Shown here piece after piece: positions 33,701 through 45,528 of a stretch of DNA of 64,000 nucleotides (its first letter is position 1; each line of letters begins with the position of its first letter). The position numbers and the translations under genes were made by a program. The stretch is taken from assembly GCA_037447605.1 (NCBI GenBank), contig CM074816.1, forward strand, positions 248,001 to 312,000. The letters run 5' to 3'. Below the pieces are notes generated by a model. That model made no database searches. It saw nothing but the letters and a program-made list of their open reading frames with translations, and was not told the DNA's origin. The DNA comes from Zygnema circumcarinatum SAG 698-1b. Its lineage: Eukaryota; Plantae; Zygnematophyceae.

Positions 33701-35141
33701 AGGGGAGGAGGAGAAGGAGAGGAAGAAGAAAGAGAAAGAGAGGAAGGAGAGGAAGGGAGGGGGGAGGGAGGAAGGGGAGGGGAGGGGGAGGGGGAGGGGA
33801 GGAGGAGGGGGAGGGGGAGGGGAGGGGGAGGGGAGTGTGTGGAGGGGGAGGGGGAGGGGGAGGGGAGGGGAGGGGGAGGGGAGGGGGAGGGGAGGGGAGG
33901 GGAGGGGGAGGGGAGGGGAGGGGGGAGGGGGGAGGGGGGAGGGAGGAGGGGGAGGGGGAGGGGGAGGGGAAGAGCACGCCTTATGTTTTAAAATAGATTT
34001 TGATTTTCTTACTTTAAAGGTTTGAAGGGAGGAAACGCACACACGAATTTCCAGGAAGGGTTGTAAATGTGTTTGTGGAACGTGTTCAGAATCGGTAACT
34101 TCGTCGCCACAGGCACCTCCATGTCATCCTCTGCTTCAGGCTTTGCCAAGAATTAGGATAAAAAAGGCAAAGCTGAGAAAGTTAGGGTTGAAAAGATTAG
34201 GGTTGAAAAGCTTAGGGCTGAAAGACTTAGGTTTGAAGAAAGCAGGGGTCGTACAAAGTAGGGCTGAGAAAATTAGGGTTGAAATAATTACAGTGGAGGT
34301 GGTTGAGTTTTGCAAGAAATGGCTTATAGGTGGTTCATAGCTTTAAAAATGATTCGGAAAGCATTAGGGTCGTGAGAACGGCAGGATGCTAAATACATGG
34401 TTTTATCGTCCAGGTTTTTTGTTTCAATAGCATTAAAATTTCAGCTATGTATCGTTAGGCTTCAGAATGTCTGAACCTGTTTGGGTCTTTTATACAATTC
34501 GTGCGAGAAAACTGAGGGAGGGAGGGAGGAAGACTTAAATCAAGCTGTGGAATGTTTATGATTTGAAAGTGATTGTAATTCTTGAATCTGCAGTCTCTTT
34601 AAGAAAATAAAGCGACAGATATAAACTTTTCAACCCTAAAAGCAGAATAATAATCGAGAAAGGTGGGCTCACCGACGGTATCGAGGCCGCGCAGAACCAA
34701 ATAAAAAATACAGATCTGTTTTAGGAAAAAAAAAAAGGAAGAGCCAAAATGAACAGAAATAGAAACAAAAACGATAAAACTGTAAGCCAATTGCTCAGGC
34801 CAAAATATCCACGCCCTAAAAATTTAGCTTTTATTGCAAAAAAAAAAAAATCTGCCCTGATTTCTGCCATCCAATGCTCTTCGTTTCCCCAAAGAAGAAA
34901 AAAAAAAAAGGGGTGGAGAGAAAAGAAGAGAGAGGCGAGGGACCCTCACAGCGTCGCGGAGCTCCGTGCCGAGCTGCTGGATGACGACAGCAAAGCTCCT
35001 GCTGACGCGGTTGAGCATGTCGTAGCAGAAGGCCAGATCCGCGTCCTTAGGCAGCCACGTGGCGGTGTACGCCGCGTACCGCAGGCGGAGCAGGGCGGGG
35101 ACCTCCTCCGGATGCTGCAGGAGCGCGCTCAGCGCGCCCAT
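24923..35141 (-). CDS. SQS: Squalene synthase (farnesyl-diphosphate farnesyltransferase); 3' end runs into the N gap at 24913-24922
   Basis: Exon 1 35141-34950 ([21 protein letters not shown]), then [119 protein letters not shown] and a C-terminal hydrophobic anchor [12 protein letters not shown]. Confidence 0.95.
25687..25772. repeat. (AAGTC)n pentanucleotide microsatellite in an SQS intron
   Basis: Directly visible, immediately inside a donor site on the minus strand. Confidence 0.9.
26310..27325. repeat. About 1-kb G/A polypurine tract (pyrimidine on the SQS sense strand)
   Basis: Almost pure GGGA/GGAGG sequence filling an intron. Confidence 0.9.
30324..30970. repeat. Minisatellite with conserved core TCCTCTCCCTCTTTGGCTCAACTG and variable CT spacers
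   Basis: About 9 cores counted by eye in an SQS intron. Confidence 0.8.
31840..33975. repeat. About 2.1-kb G-rich polypurine tract in an SQS intron
   Basis: Nearly all G/A; source of many spurious G/E/R and P/L/S ORFs. Confidence 0.9.
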
Positions 35142-36199
35142 GGCGGGAGAGGCAGAGGGAGAGGGAGACGGAGAGGGAGAGGGGGTGGGAGAGGAAGAGG
35201 GAGAGGGAGAGGGAGAGGGAGTGGGAGTGGGAGAGGGAGAGGGAGGGAGAGGGAGAGGACGAGGGAGAGGGAAGGAGGTGGGAGAGGGAGAGGGAGAGGG
35301 AGGGAGAGGGAGAGGGAGGAGAGGCGAGCGGACATGCCAACGGGCAGAAGGGGAGTTGTCGTCCGCAAGTGCCGTACGTTTCGGCTCTGATCCACCAATC
35401 ACGGATCGTCACGTCAGCTTATTGACACATGGCGACCTTTGGTTGGCTTCGCCAAACCTAAAAAACCCCGGATGCCGCCACGCGATGTGCCGTACTATGG
35501 GGCAGTATTAGCGAATTTTAGCGAATCACTGTCTGACACGTGGGCATGCGATCTGACGTGGTGATCTGTGAGTGGATGACGGAGTCAGGGAGCCACGGTG
35601 GACTTCCTCTCTGTACGGTAAACTATGTCGGTGGAAAGCCAGCGAGCCGAGGGTCGTGTGCCTTTCGACTGTGCTGGGCCGAAGTGGGAGAAACAGGGGG
35701 CCAACGGTCGGCGGAGTGGATCACTGTGTGAGGCGGTTTGGGTTTTTGAGTTTCTATGCGGGCAACTGTTAGCTGTTGGTGGCAACAGAACTGATGGCCC
35801 GAGAGTGCGATTCGAACGTGAGCCACGTGTACAACTATGATTCGACGAGAGATGCCACGTCATACCTCCACAGAGTGGAAAGAGTGTTGGCCCATGGAGA
35901 AGGAGATGGAGTTGGGACAAAAATAAGCTCAATATTTACAATTGGTGACTGGAGAATACCACATGCCAGTGGTGCGAATGGGCATTCTCCCTCTCGTTTA
36001 TCTCTCGTCTCCCTCTCTACCTCCATCTCCCACTCCCTCACTCCTCTCCCTCCCTCTCCCTCTCCCACTCCCACTCCCCTTCTCCATCTCCTCTCCCTCT
36101 CCTCTCTCGCTCTCTCCCACTCCCCGATGCTTTCTCCAAGACTGACAAATGAACTGTAATCTGAAAATTAAAATGTAGAACTTCAGCATAGTACGGAGG

Positions 36200-36726
36200 T
36201 CACAGTCCGTTCTGAAGGAGAGCTCGCAGCCTCTCTCCATGCGCGCACTCCTCCTGCTCCGTCCCGCCGCTCTCACATTGTCAAATCACAGTTAACAATT
36301 TATTGTTTGAATTTCAAAGAAAACTTAGCACCAAAGGCGTGACAAACGGGTTGATTTATAGAACAGCAGACCATGGAACGTCTGCGATTGGTTGAGACAG
36401 CAGAACTCAAACTTCTAAATGAACTCGCTAGAAGAACAGAGGAAGGTAGCAATGAGAACTGTAGGACAGAAGCGCAGAGAGAGAGAGAGAGAGGGAGGGG
36501 AGGGAGAGAAAGGGTGGGGGAACAGAGAACGGGAAGAGAGGGTAGAACGGAGGGAGAGAGGAAAAGGAGGGATGGGGAGGGGGATGGGAAGGGAGGGGGA
36601 GAGGGACAGCGAGAGAGAGGGAGAAAAGGACTGAAAGGGAGGGTAGAACGGAGGGATAGAGAACAGAGGCAGAGAGGAAAACCGCAAGGGAAGGGGAGGG
36701 AGATTGGGAGCGGACGGGGGAGAGGG

Positions 36727-36786
<60 letters not shown>

Positions 36787-37398
36787 CCCACTTGGAACTC
36801 CTTGAGCGCAGCGAAGTACCCCCTCTGCTCTGCCACAGCGTCCGCGTGTTTGGTCCGCACTTGCTCGCATGTGTCTCTTTCCGATTTTATTTTCGCCTCC
36901 GCCTTTGTCAACATCTGCTTCCAAAAGAAAATTCAAAAAGGTAAAGAGTAAAAAAAAAAAAACCTCCACGATTGAAAAGCTCGTTTCCTGTGCCCATAGT
37001 TAGCACCCGCGCTTCATTTTATATAGCAGCAGGTTGTGCAGGTATTGCACCGACACGGGAAAAGACAAAAGGGAGGGACAGCAAAACTCAAAACTTGGTG
37101 AGCCTGTGAAACCCTAAAACCCCTGAAACCCTAAATAGACCTAAGCCCTGAAAACCCTAAAACTGACCTAAGACTGACATAGAACTGACCTAAAACTGAC
37201 ATAGAACTGACCTAAAACTGACCTGTTGTGCTCCCGCTGCGATGTTTTGCATGGACTCCAAAAAGGCCGCGCGGCCGCCCGAGGAGGCCATGGCGGGCCC
37301 GAACTGCAGCAGGGCACAGGGAGGGGCTCAGGGGGAGAGGGAGGGAGGGAGGNNNNNNNNNNGGGAGGGAGGGAGGGGGAGGGAGAGAGGGAGAGAGG

Positions 37399-37436
<38 letters not shown>

Positions 37437-38270
37437 CTTATACTTTACCTGTTTCACGATGGAGTCGAGGAGGGACAGCTCCTTCAAAGCCAACTTGTGC
37501 GCGTCAGCGAGCGCGTTATGTGTGGCGTAATATTTTCGCGTCTCCAAATGCTTTTTCTGAAAAAGGGGGAAAAAGAAAATTACCAATTAAAGAGGGAAGG
37601 GGAGGGGGGGGGGAGGGGGGAAGAGTCAAACTCGAGAAAGTCACATGGCTTAAGCACACCCTCTGTAAAGTCAATACACGAAAAAGGATCCAAGAAGAGT
37701 TTTAGACAGTCATATTTCAATTATCGAATTCAGCAACGTGGTGAGATATATCGCCTGTCAATCTCACAATAAAGAAAGGAAAAAACCAAAAGAAGCGCGA
37801 AAAAAAAAGGGGTACAAATGGCATAAAAGTGTCTCTCACCTGCACCTGTTCATACAATTCCATAAATCGTCGCTCATATCTACACACCACAAAAAATCCA
37901 AACCTAAAACTATCAGCCAAAAGGAAAAGGAAACCTTTCAAGGAATTAAGTATTTTTAGGGCTCCAGAAGCTTCTTACAGCACTTAGGGTTTGTCGTCTT
38001 TCTTTTTATTTTAGGGTTTCAGAAACTTTAGGGCTTTGGATTTTGTAGGGTTTTAGGTTTTGTAGGGCTCTAGGGTTTTAGGTCTCCTAGGGTTTTAGGG
38101 TTTTAGGGTTTAAGGTCTTCACTGCGAGCGTTCAGCGCGGTTTGGCCGCTCCTCTGCGCGCCGCCGCAACGCCGCCACCAAGCGGCTTTTTTGGGCCGCC
38201 TCCTGCCCGAGGTTTCCGGGCAGCCCACACTCCCCCCCCCAAAAGAAAAGGGGGAGAGAGAGAGAGAGGG

Positions 38271-38347
<77 letters not shown>

Positions 38348-38362
38348 AGAGGAGAGAGAGTG

Positions 38363-38396
<34 letters not shown>

Positions 38397-39419
38397 AGAA
38401 GAGCAGTTCCGGGTTTCAGACTATCCGCAGTGCACAAAAGAGGCTTTCACCATTCAGAAAAAAGGGGATACTGTACTATGCATATTTGCTTCCAGAAAGA
38501 ACCTCAAAAAAGCGCGCTAAAGAAGAATGAATGAGCCAAGGTTTAGGGTTCTTGAAGGTTTAGGGTTTTTGCGGGTTTCTTAATTTCTTCTAGGGCCCCT
38601 TTGGCATATTTTAGGGCCTTTTAGGGTTTGCAGGAATTCTCAGGGTTTCATGTAATGTATGATGCCACGTGGCACTCACTGCTCGTTGCGTCTGCCACCT
38701 CAGCAGCGCCTCCTGGTACGCTGCCTCCACGTCAGCCCTACGTGCCGTCTCTGCCGCTGACGTGGCGGCAGACAATTGGCCGAGTTCAGCCTGCAGTTTA
38801 GCGCGCTCCATGCGACAGTTTGCTCTCAGTTCCGTTTGCTGTTCCTTGAGGTTCTGCATGCAGCCAGAAACCCCCCCAACACTTCAGAAAACCCTAAAAT
38901 CTCAAAAATCGAAAGCCCTAAACCCTAGAAAGATGAAGACCAGCTTGCTGACTTGGCAGATAAGTTCCCCGAAATGCATCCATTTAAATGTCAAAAAAAA
39001 AAGGGGAGGGAGAACTTTGGACCCCTCACCTGCAAATTTTTCATCAGTGCAACTGCCGCATGTAACTCCTCTTTCAGTTCCGCTTTTTCGGCGGACTCCC
39101 AAATGCACTCCTGCAGAGCTTCCAGCCGCCGCCTCTCCTCGTCCTGCAAGCAGTTTCCATGCATTACTGAAACTGAAACTGAAGCTGAAACCATCATGCT
39201 AACAAAAGTCACTCTCTCGTTCTCTCCTGCTCTCTCTTTCTTCCCCCCTCTCTCCCCCTCTCTCTCTCTCTCCCTCTCTTTCTCCCCCCCCTCTCTCTCT
39301 CTCTCGCTCTTTCTCTCTCTCTCTCGCTCTTTCTCTCTCTCTCTCTCTCTCTCACTCTCTCTCTCTCTCTCTCTCTCTCTCGCTCTTGCTCTCTCTCTCT
39401 CTCTCTCTCNNNNNNNNNN

Positions 39420-39458
<39 letters not shown>

Positions 39459-39629
39459 CCTATCCACCTGTCGCAGAAGTTCCTCCCGAGAGGACCGCCT
39501 CTCCCTCCGCGCTGCCAACTCAGCGCTCCGCGCTTCCTGCGCTGCCACCTGGCGCTGCAACTCTGCCACCTGGCATGCCCCCATTGGCTGCGCACAGGTC
39601 AAGCTCCAGAAAAGAGGACGCTCACGAGA

Positions 39630-39702
<73 letters not shown>

Positions 39703-40759
39703 CAGAAGCGAGAAGCTGACGGAGAAGGAGAGAAGATAGTCATAGAGGACAAGTGGGAGGGAGACAGGGGGAGAGAGAGGGAGTGAGAGAGAGAGGGAGC
39801 CAGAGAGAAGGATGCAGAGAGAAACAATTTTTTTTTAATTTCCAAAGTTGTAGTTGCTGAATTTCAACGGTTCAGGATTTGAAGATCCGATTCCTTTCAG
39901 ACATCAGAAAAATAAAACATATATCAGAAATTTGTCACCTCATCAAATTCCTGCTGAGCTCGTTCCGACTCTCCGCCGTCCACACCTTCGGTCGACCGAC
40001 TGCACACTCCTCCCCACTTCATCGCCTTGTTAGGGTTTAGGGTTCAGGTTTTAGGGTGAGGGTTTAGGATTCAGGGTTTAGGGTTAGGGTTTAGGGTTAG
40101 GGTCAGGGTTTAGGGTTTAGGGTTTACATTTTAGGGTTTTAGGGTTCAGGGTTCAGGGTTCAGGGTTCAGGTTTCAGGGTTAGGGGTTTAGGGTTAGGGT
40201 TCAGGGTGTAGGGTTTAGGGTGTACAGTTTAGGGTTTTAGGGTTCAGGGTTCAGGGTTAGGGTTCAGGGTTTAGGGTTTAGGGTTAAGGATTGAGGGTTT
40301 AGGGTTTGCGGTCTGAAGTTTTACGATGGGGGCATTAACAGAGTGACTTTCGTGGCAAGTTTCCATTCACAGTTTCAGGTCCTTACAAAGTTTATGATTT
40401 CAGGCTCGTCCGGTACTTTCCATACATATGTTTTTTTTTGTAAGTTTGGGGGTTTTTTTCAACAATTGAAGGAATTTGAAAAGTTTAGGAATATTCTACT
40501 TTTAACATTTTTAGGCCTTTTAAAAATTTAAGCGCTGCGGGACTCACTTCGTCGTCTTCCGTTTCTGTGTCTCTGAAGCTGCCGCCGGTTGGGGAGCAGC
40601 TTCCAGGAAGTTTCTCACAGAGTCAGGAAGGTCCTCAAGTTCAGACACCAGTAGCCTGCTGCCACGTGTCCCTTCCAGTTTAATTCCATTGCATTCACAG
40701 TAATCCCCAGAGAGAGAGGGAGAGTGCAAGGAAGAGAGACGGGGATTGAGAGGAGGGCG

Positions 40760-40822
<63 letters not shown>

Positions 40823-42397
40823 TGAGACAGAGAGGGAGAGAGCCCTAACATGCTCATGTATTCATTTGTTCGTGTTAAACCGAGTCTCAAGAAAGGCGCG
40901 GCTGCAAAATAAAATTGGAGTTGGATGGGGTCCCAGAAAATGGGGTTTACCCTGACGGCAGTTCTCCATATTCCAAAAGAATCAATTGCAGCCGTTGGAT
41001 CGCATCTGACGGCTGCCTGCTCCCCCTGCAAACCCTCGTACGGAAACGGAGAACCTTAAGCAGTTACGGAACAGAATTCACACTGATTCAGTTTTCTGTC
41101 CGAAAGAAACTGACTGAGACTGAGACCATTTGTGCTTACATAGCGGAAAACTGAAGCGACATGGAACAGCAACTGCATCGGCTAAATAAGACCAAAACCT
41201 GCAATGCATGTTTCAAATTTAGATTTGAAACCCAATGTTCGTAGCTTTTGAGTACGTCGAATTGGAAAGTTGAGAGGGAAAACCACCTTTTGAGACGAAA
41301 TTTTCGGCGAGGAAAGGTTTTTGGAGACGGCGTTTCCTGCACAGCGCTGAACCCTTCATTTGAAACGGCTTCTAAAAAGAAGGAAGAACGACAAAAAAAG
41401 GGACTGAGTTCAGCATTCAAAATAGCCAAAAGCAAGACAAAAATGAGCTTCCTCCATTGGCTTGGACTTTATTCAAGTTAAGCTGACTCTATTTTTGCTC
41501 CTATGAGATAGATGGAGAGAGAGCGAGACAGAAAGAGAGAGAATCGAATCAAAGAGACAAAAAGAGAGCGAGAGAGGGAGAGAGGGAGAGAGGGAGAGGA
41601 AAGGGAGAGAGGGAGAGAGGGAGAGAGGGAGAGAGGGAGAGGGAGAGAGGGAGAGAGGGAGAGAGGGAGAGAGGGAGAGAGGGAGAGAGGGAGAGAGGGA
41701 GAGAGGGAGAGAGGGAGAGAGGGAGAGAGGGAGAGGAGAGAGGGAGAGAGGGAGAGGGAGAGAGAGGGAGAGAGGGAGAGAGGGAGAGAGGGAGAGGAGA
41801 GAGGGAGAGAGGGAGAGAGGGAGAGGGAGAGAGGAGAGAGGGAGAGGGAGAGAGGGAAGGGAGAGAGCGGGGGACGAACAGATATTCACATACTTTCTGC
41901 GGCTCATCTTGGTTAGCCGCCAGTCGACCAAACCGCTCTTTGAATTCATAAAGAGCGTATGAGCGGAGCTGGAAAAATCAAATCACGGATTATTCACTCA
42001 CTCATTAGGCCTGATGGGGTCTAAACATCGTCGACAGGATTTGGAATAAAGGCTGCCAGGGTTCAAGGTTCGGTTGGGTATTGGAACAACTTTGGGGTTG
42101 AGGGTGTACGGTTGAAGGTTCAGGGTTTAGGGTTTAGGGTTGAGGATTGAGGGTTGAGGATATAGGGTTGAGGGTTTAGGGTTTGGGGTTTAGGGTTGAG
42201 GGTTGAGGGTTGAGGGTTGAGGGTTTAGGGTTTAAGGTTTAGGGTTTAAGGCTGAGGGTTTAGGGTTTAAGGTTTAGGGTTTAAGGCTGAGGGTTTAGGG
42301 TTGAGAGTTGAGAGTTGAGGGTTTAGGGTTGAGGGTTGAGGGTTGAGGGTTGAGGGTTTAGGGTTTAAGGTTTAGGGTTTAAGGCTGAGGGTTTAGG

Positions 42398-42445
<48 letters not shown>

Positions 42446-43419
42446 GGTTTAGGGTTTAGGGTTGAGGGTTTAGGGTTTAGAGTTGAGGGTTGCGGGTTTA
42501 GGGTTGCGGATTTAGGGTTTTGGGGTTGAGGGTTTAAGGTTTAGGGTTTAGGGTTTAGGGTTTAGGGTTGCGGGTTGAGGGTTTAGGGTTTAGGGTTTAG
42601 GGCTTAAGCGGTGCACCTGCGCGGCCCTCTCCTTCCTGGACGCCGCCACTCTCCGGAGCAGCCACGTCAGCACGGGCAGCAGCGCGGGGTAGTCCAGGCC
42701 CTGGATCTGGTGCGCCTGCAGACCGTACGGACAGGCCAGCCGCCGCAGCGCCGCCTCGATGGCCTCGCCCACCTTGCTGCCACGTGGCACCCCCGCATTC
42801 GTCAGGCATCGATAGCCGCCACGTGGCAGGACTTACTCGTCACAGCTGGACACCAGCCACGTGGCAGGACGCCATTCGTGACAGCTCAACATGCATCGAA
42901 GGGCCTCAAAGAAGGCTCAAACGCCTTCAACTGTCTCAACAAACGTCAGCCCTAATTTCAGCACCATGACCCTAAGAAGGTAGCCCTAACCCTAACCCTA
43001 ACCCTAACGCTCACCCTGAACCGTAACCCTAACGCTCACCCTAACCCTTACCGTAAGGCTCATCCTGAATCCTAACCCTAACCCTAACCCTAACCCTAAC
43101 GCTCACCCTGAACCCTAACCCTCACCCCAACCCCAACTCTAACTTAAGCCCTAACCCTCCTGACCAAGGTTCAGACAGAGAGTGAGACCATCACATACAT
43201 CTTCTCTCCGAGCGTGGCGTCATCGTCGTAGAGAAGGTCAATGTCGGCGTCTCCGCTCGAGGCGGCGATGCACCACGCGAGGCCGCCCGTGAGCTTGTCG
43301 AAGGCCGAGAGCCCCGAGAGGCGCGCGCGGAAGTACCCTGCATTGGTCAACCAAGTGCAGATTTTCTGAAGGTGTTCTGCAGCTTCAGCGGCAGCTTTGG
43401 CGGAGGATGCTGAAGCCAT
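36200..43419 (-). CDS. CCDC93: Coiled-coil domain-containing protein 93 (CCC/Commander complex subunit)
   Basis: Exon 1 43419-43199 (LTNAGYFRARLSGLSAFDKLTGGLAWCI..DLLYDDDATLGEK), exon 2 42776-42617 (CPYGLQAHQIQGLDYPALLPVLTWL); later exons encode LILLEYG, RRFMELYEQV, TRKYYATHNAL..KELSLLDSI and YFAALKEFQEEC, with a stop at 36200-36202. Internal exon boundaries are only partly resolved. Confidence 0.9.
40028..40305. repeat. Intronic TTTAGGG/TTCAGGG telomere-like array
   Basis: Directly visible heptamer array with variants. Confidence 0.85.
42120..42603. repeat. Intronic TTTAGGG/TTGAGGG telomere-like array
   Basis: Heptamer array beginning just inside the exon-2 donor of CCDC93. Confidence 0.85.
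42984..43160. repeat. Intronic (CCCTAA)n hexamer telomere-like array
   Basis: Runs of CCCTAA with CCCTCA/CGCTCA variants in CCDC93 intron 1. Confidence 0.8.
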
Positions 43420-43647
43420 TAAAAAGGTCGACGGTGCAGATTACACGATTTGGCACTTCATTATGGGAGCTTATCGTTCCATAATACAGCATTTGAAGGC
43501 TTTATCATATTTTATTTTATTTAATAGCATACAGTTGGTACTCGATTAGGGTAAGAATCAAGCAGGGAAGTCCAAGCCCTCCCTGAACCCTAAAGTTACT
43601 GATCATGACTTTAGGAGCCAGCACTTGACTTTAACAGAAGTGCCATA

Positions 43648-44136
43648 CAGTCTAATCACGTTATAGTGACACTGTTTATAAGAACAGCATGGATATACTG
43701 ACTTTTTTTCCGGGAACGGAATTGCACCACTGCAGATCCTGCGCCAGTAGTGACGCCATTACGGATATAATGACGTTGAAAAACCCTGATTGATTGTTAC
43801 TATATATTCAAAATGTCGATATTATCCACCCACGTATTGGAATATGCGTTACAAATATATTTATGACCGTACACATTATCGACTAATATCGTCAGATATC
43901 GACTTGACCGTACATATCAAGTTGTCCGTACACATGCTCAATAGGGTTCGTACACACCTACCCACGTGACGACTGCCCAAAAAGTACAATGTACGGTATC
44001 AAAGTCGTACGGATATACCGCAAAAACATATGTAATAACATTGTTACTATAAATGTGAAATGACAAACGGGTCATTACCGATATAGTGACACAAATGTGT
44101 GGGGACCGACATGGACACTATAACGTGATTAGACTG
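43648..44136. mobile_element. Tc1/mariner-type MITE
   Basis: TA|CAGTCTAATCACGTTATAGTG at the left end and CACTATAACGTGATTAGACTG|TA at the right: 21-bp perfect TIR starting CAGT, with a TA duplication. Confidence 0.85.
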
Positions 44137-44227
44137 TATTCCATTAACACTGATGAAAATATCGTATCGTATCGGTCACACGATATTCATATGCTTTCGT
44201 ATCGTCGCATGTACGGCTGGGCCAGTA

Positions 44228-44381
44228 CAGTACCCCCCCCTAATATTTTCGCCATGGTTTTCGGCAAATATTGGAATTAACACAGACTTACCGTACAAAA
44301 ATGTAGTTTCGGCAAAATCAGGGCGAATTTCTTGGGGAACGCAAGTAAAAGGGTGGAAAATATTAGGGGGGACTAAAACTG
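44228..44381. mobile_element. Small Tc1/mariner-like MITE with imperfect TIRs
   Basis: TA|CAGTACCCCCCCCTAATATTTTC and GAAAATATTAGGGGGGACTAAAACTG|TA. Confidence 0.55.
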
Positions 44382-45528
44382 TAACGGTTCCGTACATTTG
44401 GTACAAATATACTTTCGATCAACGGCCGGTCGGTCAGATCTCTCTGGTTTTACACCAAAAAAAATCGACAATAACAACTGCCACGTCAGAAAAAACCAAT
44501 GGGAATGTGCCACGTCAGAAATCAACAACCAATGGGCATTTGCCATATAGGAAAAATAAATTATGGGAATACGCATGTGATGACGTGGCGCGTCCCAATT
44601 GGCTGGCGCTCGAGTCTTGGAGGTCGCTTAGGAGAGAACGACGCCCGACGCTCCAGTAAGTCCCTGAGGGCGGCCGCGGGCCGCCGGACCGACCGGTCGG
44701 TCGTGTACGGCCGTTCGATCTGGACTCATCGTACGGTCCAAGGGAAGGGATCCACAAGGGCTACAAACCGGCGGTTGACTTTCGATCCACCGACAATGAT
44801 CTTTGTCGCCATCCAGAGTCAAATCCACCGACATCCAGTTAAACTACATAAACGACAAAATCCGACCAATCAGATACAGCCCAGTCAAGTGTGAAGCCCA
44901 CCGACAAATCCTAACAAATAACAGGACACGTGTCAGGATTTTTAGCAGTAAACAGAGATATGGCGAAAACGACGCACCGACATTTGAGAAGGACCGACAA
45001 ACGTACACGTGTCGCAAAAGAATCCTATCCAAATGTGTACGGTCTAGTCCCTTGCTGACAAATGTGTACTTTTGTTGTACGAATATCAAGGGAACGGGAA
45101 GGACGGCTCTCAAGGAACGGCAGTTACTCGTACGGATCGCCCGACCTCGGCCCATTTTCTGTACGAAACGGACCGACCGGAGGACCAATCGGAAGCGCGC
45201 AACCGCCGGGAGGGGCACAAAACGACAAATCCTTGTGTTCCATGCGGGGAATCCGGTACGACATTTTGGACTGCAACGGCCGTTTCTATGTGCAGATTTA
45301 GCGTGGACCCCCTGCTGTAAATGCAGGCCGCCCTGGGCATTACCTGCAGAGGACGAAGCGGAGCTCAAAAATTAGAGGAGAGGGAGCCCGAGAATTCTAA
45401 TCAGAATTCTGACCTATTTTAACTATTAATCTCTGCTTTTTTTTTATCTTTTTAATCTCTGCATTCTGCAAAACCCCTTCACTCTTTTTCTTTCTTTCTT
45501 TCTGTGCTTCAAATTCTCGCTTTTTACG

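Noticed and set aside
31667-34042. Long P/L/S-rich and G/E/R-rich ORFs (up to 791 aa), and similar ORFs at 213-766, 3750-4727 and 26268-27440
   Set aside because: Purine/pyrimidine tracts cannot contain stop codons, and these lie inside introns of recognisable genes.
40028-43160. True telomere or chromosome-fusion site
   Set aside because: The arrays are short, degenerate and lie within introns of an intact gene.
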